From contig JBKJHT010000121.1 of NCBI GenBank assembly GCA_046598945.1, positions 6,862-70,861 on the forward strand: DNA of 64,000 nucleotides, given 5' to 3'. The DNA comes from Burkholderiales bacterium (GTDB taxonomy: Bacteria; Pseudomonadota; Gammaproteobacteria; Burkholderiales; JALYOK01). The notes beneath the pieces are model-generated. The model was not told the origin of the DNA and did no database searches. It saw nothing but the letters and a program-made list of their open reading frames with translations. Numbering within the stretch: the stretch's first letter is position 1; the number at the start of each line of letters is the position of its first letter. Of the stretch, positions 1-11,026 are shown in pieces. Made by a program: the position numbers and the translations under genes.

Positions 1-1414
1 GAATCGGACTGCCGATATCGATGGCGACGGTAAATTTAAACGTCGAGCCTTTCCCCAGGGCGCTGGTGAGTTCCATGCGGCCATTCATCATTTCGACCAG
101 TTGTTTGGCGATGGCAAGGCCTAAACCGGTTCCGCCGTATTTGCGGGTAGTCGAACCGTCGGCCTGGGCGAAGGAATCGAAAATCTTTTCGTGCATGCTC
201 GGATCAATGCCGATGCCGGTATCCTTGATTTCAAAGCGCAGCACCTGGCGCTTTTCCGTTTTACTCGCCACTGCCACGTGGACGTAGATTTCGCCCTTAT
301 CGGTGAATTTCACGGCGTTGCGGATCAAGTTCGTCAATATCTGGCGGATGCGAGTCGGATCTCCGATGCAGATGGTATCGATGCCGTTTTCAATCAGGCA
401 AGCCAGCTCTAGGCCTTTGCCATGGGCGCGCATCGCAAGAATTTCCAGCACTTCATTAATCAGCTCGTTCAAGTCAAAATCGACGCGCTCCAGCTCAAGC
501 CGTCCGGCTTCGATTTTGGAGAAATCCAGAATGTCGTTGATTACGCCCAGCAGCGATAGGGCGGAACGGTGCAGTGTTTCAGTGAAATGAAATTGCTTGG
601 AATCCAGCGGCGTGTCCATGAGTAACTCCGACATGCCCAACACGCCGTTCATGGGTGTGCGGATCTCATGGCTCATGTTCGCTAGGAATTGTGATTTCGC
701 CACGCTCGCCGCCTCGGCTTGCTCTTGCGCACGCTTACGCTCCCCTACTTCGTGGGACAACGCCGTATTCGCCACGCCGGCGTCTTGGTTCACTTGCGCC
801 AGTGCTTTAACCAAATCGTCGTTCTGAAAGCCCAGGGTCAGGCTTTTCTCGATCACGGCCGAGCTACGCTTGGCAACCACCAACATCATAGCGATGAACA
901 AAAACGCTGCGATTCCGATATACAGATGGGCGAGGTCGCCGCGGAACAACATAAAGACGGCGAACGGCAATACGAAGGGCAATAGGAACAGCGGGTAAGC
1001 CAAGCGCAGTGCCGTGAGCGATCCTAATGCGCCAGCCGCTGTACCTGAGATGAGGAATGCTACGGCGAATTGGTTTGATGGGTTGTTGTCGGGGAGAAGA
1101 ACGGTGCCGAACAAACCCCAGGATATGCCGGCGGACGCGACGGCCATGTAGAAGCGTTTCGCCCAGAGCGCCGCAGCCTCGACCGAAGGCGCGGCTTTTT
1201 CATATGCCCGTAACAGGCCCAGCCGGATGACCGAAATCAACACGGTGAGCGTGTACCAGCCCAACAATAAACGGGTTGACACCAGACCGTATACCACCAC
1301 CACGCCAAGTGTTGCTACGAGCAACGAGGTCGTCAAGCTGACTGCGGTTTGCCGATAGGTCAGGGCGACTTGTTCCGCAAACACCTTGGCGGTCAGGGCA
1401 GGCGAGGGCGGCAT
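1..1414 (-). CDS. Membrane-bound sensor histidine kinase, probably hybrid type; 3' end runs off the window
   Basis: Not in the ORF track because there is no stop in the window. Manual translation from ATG 1414 gives several hydrophobic helices, then H-box [17 protein letters not shown]-box [15 protein letters not shown] and G-boxes DTGIGI and [14 protein letters not shown]. Confidence 0.93.
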   Translation of the reverse strand, partial: MPPSPALTAKVFAEQVALTYRQTAVSLTTSLLVATLGVVVVYGLVSTRLLLGWYTLTVLISVIRLGLLRAYEKAAPSVEAAALWAKRFYMAVASAGISWGLFGTVLLPDNNPSNQFAVAFLISGTAAGALGSLTALRLAYPLFLLPFVLPFAVFMLFRGDLAHLYIGIAAFLFIAMMLVVAKRSSAVIEKSLTLGFQNDDLVKALAQVNQDAGVANTALSHEVGERKRAQEQAEAASVAKSQFLANMSHEIRTPMNGVLGMSELLMDTPLDSKQFHFTETLHRSALSLLGVINDILDFSKIEAGRLELERVDFDLNELINEVLEILAMRAHGKGLELACLIENGIDTICIGDPTRIRQILTNLIRNAVKFTDKGEIYVHVAVASKTEKRQVLRFEIKDTGIGIDPSMHEKIFDSFAQADGSTTRKYGGTGLGLAIAKQLVEMMNGRMELTSALGKGSTFKFTVAIDIGSPI

Positions 1415-1778
1415 GGGAGACGAATTATTCCGTTTTTTTAACGCTCATGATTGGGTATTTTGGCCTGCGTTAGCATCTTGTCGTGCAATGCATAGTGCCT
1501 CCAGGCGAATAACGCGCATCGCATGATCTACGGCATTCGAATCGCTATCTAATATTCCCCATGAAGCGCGATTCATGTCCAAGCACCGGAATTGTACAGG
1601 TTGCGGAATTTATATGCCATATCAATGGGATAACAATAAACACGCTAGCCGAGTGCATCGCTAATTTGATATGCTGTCGGGGAACGTCCCGAGTAATTTT
1701 AAACATCTGTTACAGATGAGGGTAAATCGAGAACTAATTTGTTAAACCTGACTCGCGTAGCGCGGTAATCCGATTGCC

Positions 1779-4700
1779 GTGGCGCTAACCCCTTCCTTTC
1801 ACCCAGCGGTAGCCGCGTGGTTCGATGCTACATTTGTGTCGCCCACTGCGGCGCAAATGAAGGCGTGGCCGGCTATTGCGGCGGGGCAACATGTTCTTGT
1901 TGCGGCGCCGACCGGTTCCGGCAAGACCCTGGCGGCATTTCTTGCGGCCATTGATGCCTTGGTGCGTCAAGGCGTGGCGGGAAAACTCAGTGACGAAATA
2001 CAACTGGTCTACGTGTCGCCGTTAAAGGCATTGTCCAACGACATCGAGAAAAATCTCGTCGCACCGCTTGCCGGAATTCGCGCTCAACTCAAGCGTTTGA
2101 ATTATCCCGATGTCGACATTCGCACCTGGGTGCGCAGCGGTGATACGCCTCAGGCGGAGCGGGAAAAAATGAAACGCCGTCCGCCGCATATTCTGGTGAC
2201 GACGCCGGAATCGCTTTATATCCTGGCGACGAGCGCCTCGGGACGCAAAATGCTGTCGACCACCCGCGCGGTGATCGTGGACGAGATCCATGCGTTGGCG
2301 CCGAATAAACGCGGCGCCCATCTCACACTAACATTGGAGCGACTGGAAGCGCTAACCGGCCGCAGACTCACCCGCATCGGCCTGTCCGCGACACAACGGC
2401 CGACCGAGTTGGTGGCGAAATTTCTAGTGGGCGATGCGGTGCGCCCCGGCAATGATCTGTTCGACCAGGCAAACGAAGCCGCCTGCACCATCGTCGATGT
2501 CGGCCATGTGCGCGAGCGCGATCTTGCCCTTGAACTGCCGCATTCGCCGCTATCGGCGGTGATGTCGAACGACATATGGCAAGAAGTCTACGGCCGACTT
2601 ACCGAGTTAATTTTGTTGCACAAGACGACATTGATTTTCGTCAACACGCGGCGCATGGCGGAGCGCGTTGCGCGTTATCTTTCCGAACGCCTTGGCAAAC
2701 AGGCCGTCACCGCCCATCACGGCAGCATGGCAAAAGAGCAGCGTTTGCGCGCTGAGCAGCGCTTGAAATCCGGCGAGTTGCAAGCCTTGGTCGCGACGTC
2801 ATCATTGGAGTTGGGAATCGATATAGGCGACGTAAATTTAGTTTGCCAACTCGGTTCGCCGCACGCGATTGCCGCGTTTTTGCAACGCGTTGGCCGTTCC
2901 GGACACGCCGTCGGCGCATTGCCGAAGGGCCGCTTGTTTCCGACCTCGCGTGATGACTTAGTGGAATGCGCCGCATTGCTCGACGCGATCCAGCGCGGCG
3001 AACTCGATCAACTCGTGATTCGCGACAAACCCCTCGATGTGCTGGCGCAACAAATTGCCGCCGAAGTGGCGTTGCAGAATTGGCGCGAGGACGATCTGTT
3101 TGCACTGATTCGCCGCGCCTATCCGTTCCGCAACGTCACGCGTGAGGAATTTTTGGAAATCGTGCGCATGCTCGCCGAGGGATACACCACGCGCCGCGGC
3201 CGTGGCAATGTCTACATCCATCGCGACGCCGTAAACAATGTGTTGCATGGCCGTCGCGGCGCGGCGCTGACGGCGGTGACCTCCGGCGGCACGATTCCCG
3301 ATACCGCCGACTACAACGTCGTGCTCGAGCCGGAGGCGATTCAAGTCGGCACCGTCAACGAAGATTTCGCCATCGAAAGCATGGCGGGCGATGTGTTTCA
3401 ACTCGGCAATCAGTCCTACCAAATCATGCGTGTCGAGCGCGGCACGGTGCGGGTTGAAGACGCCCACGGCGCGCCGCCGAGTATTCCGTTTTGGCTGGGT
3501 GAAGGCCCGGCCCGCAGCGACGCGCTGACGCAAAGCGTGTCGCGTTTGCGCGCCGAACTTGCGCAGGAGTTCCGCGAACATCGCCAGGAGCAAGCACTGG
3601 TGCGGCTCTCCAGCCTGGTCGGAAGCGATGCGGCGAAGCAATTGATCGACTATCTATTCGCCGCACATCAAGCGCTCGGTTGTTTGCCGACACAAGATAC
3701 GATCGTGTTCGAGCGCTTCTTCGACGAATCCGGCGGCATGCAACTGGTCATCCATTCGCCTTACGGCAGCCGCATCAACCGCGCCTGGGGTTTGAGTTTA
3801 CGCAAACGTTTTTGCCGCCAGTTTAATTTTGAGTTGCAAGCGGCTGCGACAGAAGATGCCATCGTCCTATCGCTCTCCACCAGTCACAGTTTTCCGCTGG
3901 AAGAAGTGAAGCGCTATCTGCATTCCAATAGCGTGCGCGATGTTTTGGTGCAAGCATTGTTGGCCGCGCCGATGTTTGCCTCGCGCTGGCGTTGGAACGC
4001 GACCATCGCGTTGGCGTTGCCACGTTTTCGCGGCGGGAAAAAAACGCCGCCGCAGTTGCAACGCATGGCGGCGGAAGACTTGATTGCGGCGGTGTTCCCC
4101 GATCAAATCGCTTGCGCGGAAAACCTCGTCGGCGAACGCGCAATTCCCGATCATCCCTTGGTCAAGCAGACCATCGATGACTGTTTGCATGAAGCGATGG
4201 ACATCGACGGTTTTGAAGCGCTGCTGCGCAAAATCGAATCGGGCGAAATCAGCGTTATCGCGCGCGACACGACCGAGCCATCGCCGCTTGCGCAGGAAAT
4301 TCTGACCGCCAAACCTTACACGTTTCTTGACGATGCGCCGCTGGAAGAGCGGCGTACTCAAGCGGTGTCGTCGCGCCGTTGGATCGATCCTGAGCAAGCA
4401 TCGGATTTGGGGCAGCTTGATGCAGAGGCTATCGCAAGACTTAAATCTGAGATTTGGCCCGATCCGACCACCGTCGATGAGTTGCACGATGCGTTGATGA
4501 ATTTGGGTTTCCTCACCGACGCCGAAGCGAATGCGAATCCGCAATGGCAACCGTGGTTGCAACAACTCAGTTCCGCGCGGCGCGCCGGTCGGCTTATGCA
4601 GCCAGGCCAAGAGTCCCATGGCCTTATGGCTGGGCCAGCCGCCGGATTCTGGCTTGCAGCCGAGCGTGTGTTGGAGATGCGCGCGCTATTTACCGCCGCA

Positions 4701-6167
4701 AGCGTCGAGCCGAATATCGTGACGCCGGCAGAATTTCAGAAACAATGGTCACGAGAAAGTGCGCTGATTGAAATTTTGCGTGGCCGCCTCGCGGCGCTCG
4801 GTCCGGTGACGGCGGCCACGTTGGCGCAGCCATTGAATGCAGAATCGAATGAGATCGATATCGCGCTCATGGCGTTGGAGCGCGAAGGGGTGGTGTTGCG
4901 TGGCCGCTTTACGCCAACGGCGACGCAAGAAGAATGGTGCGAGCGGCGCTTGCTGGCGCGCATTCATCGCTACACTTTAAAGCGTTTACGGCAGGAAATC
5001 GCGCCGGTGAGCGTGAAAGATTTTTTGCGTTTCCTACTGCGCTGGCAGCGTGTGACGACGGATACGCAAATCGAGGGCGCCGATGCCGTAAGCGCAGTGA
5101 TTTCTCAGTTGGAAGGTTTTGAAGCGGCCGCGGGATCGTGGGAAACCGATCTGCTGTCGGCGCGGGTAAAACATTACGATCCCGCATGGTTAGATGAATT
5201 AAGCTTGAGCGGACGAGTCGCTTGGATGCGCTTATCGATTCCGAAAGGCGAAGGCCAAATTCGCGCGCCGGTTCGGGCAACACCGGTCGCGATACTTGGT
5301 CGGCGCAACGTGCCGTCGTGGGTGATGTGGCACGGAAATGTTGCAGAAAACGGATTGTCTTCCGATGCGCAACGCGTCGCCGAAAGTTTATCCGAACACG
5401 GCGCATCGTTCTTCGATGAGATCGTTTCCGCTACCGGGCTATTACGCACTCAGACCGAAGCGGCGCTGGGTGAATTGGTTGCCTCGGGCCGAGTCAATGC
5501 CGATAGCTTCGGCGGATTGCGCGCGCTCATCATGCCGACGCATAAGCGCAAACCGTTTGGGTCCACCGGCCGCAAACGCCGCAGCGCGATTTTCGGCATC
5601 GAAGATGCGGGGCGCTGGTCCTTGCTGCGACGCGGTTTATCCGCGCCGGACGGCGATGCACACGCTGCGGCAATCGAACATGTCACGAGGACATTGCTCA
5701 AGCGCTACGGCGTGGTGTTTTGGCGACTGCTTTTGCGCGAGGCCGGCAGCCTACCGCCGTGGCGTGAGTTGCTGCGATGCTTGCGCCGCTTGGAAGCGCG
5801 TGGTGAAGTTCGCGGCGGCCGTTTCGTCGCCGGCATGAGCGGTGAGCAGTTTGCATTGCCGGAAGCATTGGACAGTCTGCGCGAGGTTCGGCGCAACGCC
5901 GACAAGGTCGATTGGGCCGCGGTGAGCGGCGCCGATCCGCTAAACCTGGTTGGCATTATCACACCGGGCGACAAGCTCGCGGCGATCAGCAATAACCGAT
6001 TGCTTTATCGTCAAGGCGTGCCGGTCGCGATCATGGCGCAAGGTGAGATTCAGTTTTTGGAAGACCTAGAGAAAGCGGAAATGCAGCACGCGCGCGACGT
6101 GTTGTTGCGGCGTGCGGTGTTTGTGGAGGCGCTTGACTTAGGGGTACGACCGATTTTTTCGGAGTGA
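1779..6167 (+). CDS. lhr: Full-length Lhr-family SF2 helicase with C-terminal winged-helix/glycosylase-like region
   Basis: 1462 aa. Motifs [34 protein letters not shown] and QRVGRSGH, plus a Lhr-type C-terminus ([23 protein letters not shown]). Confidence 0.92.
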   Translation: MALTPSFHPAVAAWFDATFVSPTAAQMKAWPAIAAGQHVLVAAPTGSGKTLAAFLAAIDALVRQGVAGKLSDEIQLVYVSPLKALSNDIEKNLVAPLAGIRAQLKRLNYPDVDIRTWVRSGDTPQAEREKMKRRPPHILVTTPESLYILATSASGRKMLSTTRAVIVDEIHALAPNKRGAHLTLTLERLEALTGRRLTRIGLSATQRPTELVAKFLVGDAVRPGNDLFDQANEAACTIVDVGHVRERDLALELPHSPLSAVMSNDIWQEVYGRLTELILLHKTTLIFVNTRRMAERVARYLSERLGKQAVTAHHGSMAKEQRLRAEQRLKSGELQALVATSSLELGIDIGDVNLVCQLGSPHAIAAFLQRVGRSGHAVGALPKGRLFPTSRDDLVECAALLDAIQRGELDQLVIRDKPLDVLAQQIAAEVALQNWREDDLFALIRRAYPFRNVTREEFLEIVRMLAEGYTTRRGRGNVYIHRDAVNNVLHGRRGAALTAVTSGGTIPDTADYNVVLEPEAIQVGTVNEDFAIESMAGDVFQLGNQSYQIMRVERGTVRVEDAHGAPPSIPFWLGEGPARSDALTQSVSRLRAELAQEFREHRQEQALVRLSSLVGSDAAKQLIDYLFAAHQALGCLPTQDTIVFERFFDESGGMQLVIHSPYGSRINRAWGLSLRKRFCRQFNFELQAAATEDAIVLSLSTSHSFPLEEVKRYLHSNSVRDVLVQALLAAPMFASRWRWNATIALALPRFRGGKKTPPQLQRMAAEDLIAAVFPDQIACAENLVGERAIPDHPLVKQTIDDCLHEAMDIDGFEALLRKIESGEISVIARDTTEPSPLAQEILTAKPYTFLDDAPLEERRTQAVSSRRWIDPEQASDLGQLDAEAIARLKSEIWPDPTTVDELHDALMNLGFLTDAEANANPQWQPWLQQLSSARRAGRLMQPGQESHGLMAGPAAGFWLAAERVLEMRALFTAASVEPNIVTPAEFQKQWSRESALIEILRGRLAALGPVTAATLAQPLNAESNEIDIALMALEREGVVLRGRFTPTATQEEWCERRLLARIHRYTLKRLRQEIAPVSVKDFLRFLLRWQRVTTDTQIEGADAVSAVISQLEGFEAAAGSWETDLLSARVKHYDPAWLDELSLSGRVAWMRLSIPKGEGQIRAPVRATPVAILGRRNVPSWVMWHGNVAENGLSSDAQRVAESLSEHGASFFDEIVSATGLLRTQTEAALGELVASGRVNADSFGGLRALIMPTHKRKPFGSTGRKRRSAIFGIEDAGRWSLLRRGLSAPDGDAHAAAIEHVTRTLLKRYGVVFWRLLLREAGSLPPWRELLRCLRRLEARGEVRGGRFVAGMSGEQFALPEALDSLREVRRNADKVDWAAVSGADPLNLVGIITPGDKLAAISNNRLLYRQGVPVAIMAQGEIQFLEDLEKAEMQHARDVLLRRAVFVEALDLGVRPIFSE

Positions 6168-6178
6168 ATCGTTTCAGC

Positions 6179-6274
6179 CGTCATTGCGAGGAGTGAAACG
6201 ACGCAGCAATCTCGTTTTTCTTCGCCAAAAAATTCGAGATTGCTGCGTCGCAAAAAGCGCTCCTCGCAATGACG
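6179..6274. repeat. Long palindromic intergenic element (GTCATTGCGAG type)
   Basis: Outer arms CGTCATTGCGAGGAG / CTCCTCGCAATGACG and inner arms CGACGCAGCAATCTCG / CGAGATTGCTGCGTCG are perfect reverse complements. Confidence 0.9.
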
Positions 6275-6284
6275 AATCTGCGGG

Positions 6285-6314
6285 GTAGGATGGATCAAGC
6301 GCCGCTGATCCACC
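6285..6314 (+). repeat. GTAG-family REP-like hairpin
   Basis: GTAGGATGGATCAAGCGCCGCTGATCCACC; related copies at 55912-55937 and 55974-56003. Confidence 0.8.
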
Positions 6315-6371
6315 GGGCCAATCAATAGTCACTGTTTCTTGCGAGCTGCATGATCGACTACGTTTCCGATT

Positions 6372-6449
6372 GTCATTCCCGCGAAGGCGGGAATCCATGG
6401 CGTCGTAGCAAACCAACAGCCAAATGGATTTCCGCCTTTGCGGGAATGA
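6372..6449. repeat. dRS3-like palindromic element (ATTCCC-N8-GGGAAT), inverted pair
   Basis: GTCATTCCCGCGAAGGCGGGAATCCA...TGGATTTCCGCCTTTGCGGGAATGA; five copies in the window. Confidence 0.9.
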
Positions 6450-6457
6450 AGGATTGG

Positions 6458-6673
6458 TTATTTTTTTAGTTCGGGCTCGCTAGCCGTATCGTAATAAACA
6501 TAACTAGTGCGCTCGACTTCCACTGCGCGTTGTTGTTTCAATTCTTTCAGATCCAAGGTTTTATCCCACCACATCGCTCGTGCTTTTTTCTGATCCTCTT
6601 TGATCTCGGGTTTTTTCTCCAGCAAGTCGCGAATGAATTTTGTGGTGTCGGATTCGTATTTGTCGATTTTCAT
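6458..6673 (-). CDS. DUF3460-family small protein
   Basis: 71 aa with YESDTTKFI...Q..ARAMWWDK and a C-terminal YVY pattern typical of this betaproteobacterial family. Confidence 0.75.
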   Translation of the reverse strand: MKIDKYESDTTKFIRDLLEKKPEIKEDQKKARAMWWDKTLDLKELKQQRAVEVERTSYVYYDTASEPELKK

Positions 6674-6887
6674 GTGAACTTTTCCGCGTAACTCGGTAGC
6701 GTCATTGTAACGTAGGAAAAAAATTGGCTTGCGGTTTTATTTACTGCATGGCTGCGAGGCAATAGCTCGAGGCCACCCCGCACCGGTGCGGCTCTCCAAG
6801 CATGCCATGCCGCGAGCAAAGAACGGCGCAGCCCGTGGCAAGGCATATTAGAATTGGACTTTCTAACCTTTCCATTCGGATTTTTCA

Positions 6888-7745
6888 ATGACCGAACTAC
6901 GCCACGATTTTGCCTATCTATCGCAAGTTCGCATGCACTACGTAACGGCAGGCGAGGGCGAGCCGTTGGTATTGCTGCACGGCTGGCCGCAAACTTGGTA
7001 CGAATGGCGCGACTTGATTCCGGCATTGGCGAAGAAGTTTCGCGTCATCGCGCCGGATCTGCGTGGCCTAGGCGATACCTCGCGCCCGCGAGACGGCTAT
7101 GACTCGGCGACGATTTCCAATGACGTTTGGGAATTAGTTAACGGTAAACTCGGATATGAAAAGTTTTTTCTCGCCGGCCACGATTGGGGCGGGCCGGTCG
7201 CATTTTCTTTAGCGGCGCATCATCGCGACGCGGTGCAGCGCCTTGCGATTATCGATGTCTCGATCCCCGGCGACGGAACCGCCAACATCAGCCAAGGCGG
7301 CAAACGCTGGCACCATGGCTTTCATCAAACCCTCGACATGCCGGAACGTTTGATCGAAGGGCGCGAAGATATTTATCTCGGCTGGTTTTACGAAAATTAT
7401 GGTGCGCGGCGGGATGCGATTGCGCCCGATGCGCTGAAAGAATATCTGCGCGTCTATTCGCAGCCGGGCGCGCTGCGCTCTGGTTTCGAGTATTACCGGA
7501 ATATTCCAACCGACATTGCGCAGAACGAAGCATTGCTCAAGCGCGATGGGAAATTGGCGATGCCTGTGCTAGCGCTCGGCGCCGCGGGCGGTTGGGGACG
7601 GCGTATGGAAGTGATCGAATCGTGCCAGCGCGTCGCGCACGACGTGCGTGGCGGAATCGTCGAGGGTGCGGGCCATTGGATCCCGGAGGAACAGCCGGAT
7701 GAGTTGGCGCGATTATTGTTAGCGTTTTTTGCCTCGACGGAGTAA
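6888..7745 (+). CDS. Alpha/beta hydrolase, epoxide hydrolase/haloacetate dehalogenase-like
   Basis: HGWP oxyanion motif, GHDWGG Asp nucleophile, GHWIPEEQP His. Confidence 0.9.
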   Translation: MTELRHDFAYLSQVRMHYVTAGEGEPLVLLHGWPQTWYEWRDLIPALAKKFRVIAPDLRGLGDTSRPRDGYDSATISNDVWELVNGKLGYEKFFLAGHDWGGPVAFSLAAHHRDAVQRLAIIDVSIPGDGTANISQGGKRWHHGFHQTLDMPERLIEGREDIYLGWFYENYGARRDAIAPDALKEYLRVYSQPGALRSGFEYYRNIPTDIAQNEALLKRDGKLAMPVLALGAAGGWGRRMEVIESCQRVAHDVRGGIVEGAGHWIPEEQPDELARLLLAFFASTE

Positions 7746-7814
7746 TTCCTTCTCCCTTGAAGCTAGCCGTTCAGATTAAGTGCGGAGATAGAGGCTCCGG
7801 TTAATTGGCCCGCA

Positions 7815-7904
7815 ACGGTGCGGGAAACGGGCGCGAAGATCCAGGTGATATCATCCCGAGACATGCACCGAAAGGAGCGAGTAATTTATGAGCAAGCAGC
7901 CTAA
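7815..7904 (+). pseudogene. brnT: 3' remnant of a BrnT-family toxin
   Basis: Frame reads TVRETGAKIQVISSRDMHRKERVIYEQAA*, matching the BrnT C-terminal R-V-I-S-A-R...ER..YE pattern. It overlaps the antitoxin start and has no N-terminal part. Confidence 0.75.
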
Positions 7905-8265
7905 AGCCATACCCAAATTTGCCAGTGAGGCTGAAGAACGAGTCTTCTGGGAAACGCACGATTCGCCCGAATATCTGGATTGGAGCAAGGCCCCGAAGGC
8001 TGTGCTACCCAATCTGAAACCGACCACCAAGACGATCTCGTTGCGCCTGCCGCAGCATCTCCTGGATTCGCTCAAAGCTGCGGCTAACGCTCGTGATGTT
8101 CCCTACCAGTCACTTATCAAGGTTTGGCAGCATGAAAAGCTTCTTAGCCACGGAACCAGCGTTGAACTCCAGTTCATGTGGTCGCCGGCTGGCGCTTGCG
8201 GCCAGGAGCGGGAGTTGGACGGGCGCAGTCACTATTCACGCTTTGCGCCTGCTTTCCGACATTAG
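7888..8265 (+). CDS. BrnA/CopG-like ribbon-helix-helix antitoxin with an atypical C-terminal extension
   Basis: IPKFASEAEERVFWETHDS...TKTISLRLPQHLLDSLKAAANARDVPYQSLIK; AAGGAG RBS upstream. Confidence 0.85.
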   Translation: MSKQPKAIPKFASEAEERVFWETHDSPEYLDWSKAPKAVLPNLKPTTKTISLRLPQHLLDSLKAAANARDVPYQSLIKVWQHEKLLSHGTSVELQFMWSPAGACGQERELDGRSHYSRFAPAFRH

Positions 8266-8646
8266 TCAAAGATTTAGTTCGTGCGACGCTAATGTTTCGA
8301 TCTCGCAAAATTTAAATCCTGTTACTGACCTCAATTAGGAACATTTCTGACAGGAATTAGGAGAATCGACAGCTTTGATCCTTCGTGTTGGCAATACGCG
8401 TTGCGCGACAGTCCGCGGGCTTGCCACTCCTTAATCTGCTTGGTCCCGTACGCCCACCGCGCTTCGTCCTTCGCCATGCACATCTCCATCCTTCAAAGCC
8501 CGTGAGTCCGCACATTCGATTTACAAAATTCTAGGCGGTGGCGCTACACGCTTACGTTAGCGTGCCATTAGCTTCACGTTGACTCTCGTCTCAGGCTCAA
8601 TCGAGAGCAGTGCCAGCCGCAGGTTTTTTCCTGGCACTGTTTGGGT

Positions 8647-9957
8647 TCATTTGTTAACTAACCTTGCAGGAATCAGCAGCACGAGGGCTCCGCCGACGAG
8701 AACCAGAATACCGAACAGATAGAGCCCGGGCGCCGTGCTGCCGAACGCGTCGGTCATTCGACCGATCACCGCCGTGCTCGCGAATCCCGCGAGGTTGCCC
8801 AGCGAATTGATCAATGCAATCCCGGCGGCAGCGGCGGCACCGGTGAGAAACGCCGCCGGCAGGCTCCAAAATGCGGCCACTGCGGTGCATGCGCCGGCGG
8901 CCGCCAGGGTAAGCGCAAACATACCGAAAGCCAGCGAAGTGCCCGGTAACGCACTAAGTAGTAAACCAACTCCTGATAGGGCACACGGGAGCACCGCGTG
9001 CCAACGGCGCTCCCGCGTACGGTCAGCGTGTGCGTTGGTCCAGTACATCGCCCCCATGCCGATAATGTAGGGGATCGCGGTGAGCAGACCGATGTGCAGC
9101 GGGTCGGCAATGCCGCGTCCCTTAATCAAGGTTGGCATCCAGAAACTTGTAACGTAGATAGCACTGGCGTAGCAGAAATAGGCGAGCCCCAGCAACCAGA
9201 CTCGGCCGCTGCGGAAAGCGTCACCCAGCGCGGAGAGTTCGTCGTGCCCGCCAGTTTCTTCGGCTAGCCGGGTGGCGATGATGCGTTTCTCGTCGCTGGT
9301 AAGCCACTTCGCGTCGCCCACACGATCGTCAAGGTAGAACAAGATGATCACGCCGAGCACCAGCGAGGGCACGGTTTCGATTAGGAAAAGCCACTGCCAG
9401 CCGCGCAATCCCGCCACGCCGGAAAGCGCGTTCAGGATCCAGCCTGACAAAGGCGCACCGATAATGCTGGAAACGGGAATCGCCGACAGGAATAGTGCGA
9501 CGATCCGTCCACGGCGCGAGGCAGGAAACCAGTAGGTTAGATACAGCAGGACACCAGGGATAAAGCCAGCCTCGGCGAAACCGAGGAGGAAGCGCATCAC
9601 GTAAAATTGCATCGGCGTTTCGACGAAAATCATTAACCCGGAGATCACGCCCCAAGTAAGCATGATGCGAGCGATCCAGAGGCGCGCGCCCACTTTGTGT
9701 AGGATGATGTTGCTGGGCACCTCGAATATCACGTAGCCGATGAAGAAGATGCCGGCGCCTAGTCCGTATACTGTACTGCTGAACTTGAGATCTTCCAGCA
9801 TCTGCAGTTTAGCGAAACCCACGTTGACACGATCAAGATAGGCCGCGACATAACACAGGAACAGAAAAGGAACGAGGCGCCAGGCGACCTTGCGGAAGGT
9901 ATTCTCTTCTGCATCGAGTGAGATGGGCGAATTTGCTGCGTCGGTGCGCGTTGTCAT
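8647..9957 (-). CDS. MFS transporter, anion:cation symporter family (carboxylate transporter)
   Basis: AYLDRVNVGFA, FEVPSN, RFLLGFAEAG, GWQWLF; about 12 TM segments; GGAGGAGG RBS. Confidence 0.92.
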   Translation of the reverse strand: MTTRTDAANSPISLDAEENTFRKVAWRLVPFLFLCYVAAYLDRVNVGFAKLQMLEDLKFSSTVYGLGAGIFFIGYVIFEVPSNIILHKVGARLWIARIMLTWGVISGLMIFVETPMQFYVMRFLLGFAEAGFIPGVLLYLTYWFPASRRGRIVALFLSAIPVSSIIGAPLSGWILNALSGVAGLRGWQWLFLIETVPSLVLGVIILFYLDDRVGDAKWLTSDEKRIIATRLAEETGGHDELSALGDAFRSGRVWLLGLAYFCYASAIYVTSFWMPTLIKGRGIADPLHIGLLTAIPYIIGMGAMYWTNAHADRTRERRWHAVLPCALSGVGLLLSALPGTSLAFGMFALTLAAAGACTAVAAFWSLPAAFLTGAAAAAGIALINSLGNLAGFASTAVIGRMTDAFGSTAPGLYLFGILVLVGGALVLLIPARLVNK

Positions 9958-10000
9958 GGGTTCCTCCTCCTATTATTTGTATTTTGCCGTGGCGGCACTG

Positions 10001-10939
10001 TCAGCGGGAAGCGGACGCTTGTTTCGCCTGGGCGTGCATATCATCGCGCGTGAGGAATTCCTCGACCAGTTGTACCTGTTCGAGGCTCATCAGTGCGGGA
10101 GCGTGACCGCAGTTGGGTATCTCCACCGACTCAACCAACCCGTGCGAAGCGGCGATTCCGCGTTCCTTCATTCGCTCGACCGTACTAGCTAGCAGGAAAT
10201 CGGAAGTCTCACCGCGCAGGATCAACATCGGGCATTGCACTTTTTCCCACACATGCCACAACGTAATGTCGATCAAAGCGGGCCACAACATAAAGTCAAC
10301 GCTGATGGCAGGATCGAAGTTTTGACGGTAATAGCCTTCGCTCGTACGCATCGCACTGTGCTCGGTCATGTGCCGCCACTGTTCGTCGTTAAGTTCACCG
10401 AACGGCTGATAGACGGTGCGCAGGTGCTGTTCGAAGTCTTCCATGTTGCTAAATTGCTTAGCCATGCGGGCGTTGCGGCCGAGACGATTCAGCGCGCCCC
10501 CCTGAAGACGGGCGCCAAAGTCATTCAGCACCAACCGGCGCACCGGTGCGCCACTGCGCGCCGCAAACTCCATGCCGATATGACCGCCGAGAGAAGTTCC
10601 GACCCAGTCCACCTCCGGCACGTTGAGCCGGCAAACCAGCGAGGTCATTGCCGCGAGGTAGGTCGCTGTTACATATTCGTTTACGCTCGGAAGCCATTCG
10701 CTGCGCCCACGTCCAGGAAGATCGGGCGCGACCACGCGCATACCTTGCTGCGCCAGATGCCGCGCCAGAAAGTCGAAATCGCGGCCATTGCGCGTGAGGC
10801 CGTGCACGCATAGCACGGTTCGCTCGGACTCGTGCGGCCCCCATTCTGTGTAGTGAAGCTGGACGAACCCACTCGGACCGAGGAATGGATACGTGTGAAA
10901 CCGCGGCTTGATGTCGTTTTTCTTTAGTAGTTTGATCAT
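10001..10939 (-). CDS. Alpha/beta hydrolase resembling the intracellular 3-hydroxybutyrate-oligomer hydrolase PhaZc/PhaY2
   Basis: HGLTRNGRDFD, PDLPGRGRSEWL, GTSLGG lipase box, LVLNDFG, GHAPAL; directly downstream of phaC. Confidence 0.7.
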   Translation of the reverse strand: MIKLLKKNDIKPRFHTYPFLGPSGFVQLHYTEWGPHESERTVLCVHGLTRNGRDFDFLARHLAQQGMRVVAPDLPGRGRSEWLPSVNEYVTATYLAAMTSLVCRLNVPEVDWVGTSLGGHIGMEFAARSGAPVRRLVLNDFGARLQGGALNRLGRNARMAKQFSNMEDFEQHLRTVYQPFGELNDEQWRHMTEHSAMRTSEGYYRQNFDPAISVDFMLWPALIDITLWHVWEKVQCPMLILRGETSDFLLASTVERMKERGIAASHGLVESVEIPNCGHAPALMSLEQVQLVEEFLTRDDMHAQAKQASASR

Positions 10940-11026
10940 GAGCGCATGCCGAAGACGGGTTGTCGGGTGAATGTGACTGAATAAATATGGATGACGGCAT
11001 CCGGATAAAAGAGTTGCATTGTCGTG

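Noticed and set aside
21..985. Plus-strand ORFs at the window start
   Set aside because: Antisense shadows of the minus-strand histidine kinase.
8560..8610. GTTAGC near the toxin-antitoxin remnant as a possible integron attC end
   Set aside because: No matching RYYYAAC or L boxes at a plausible distance, and no integrase.
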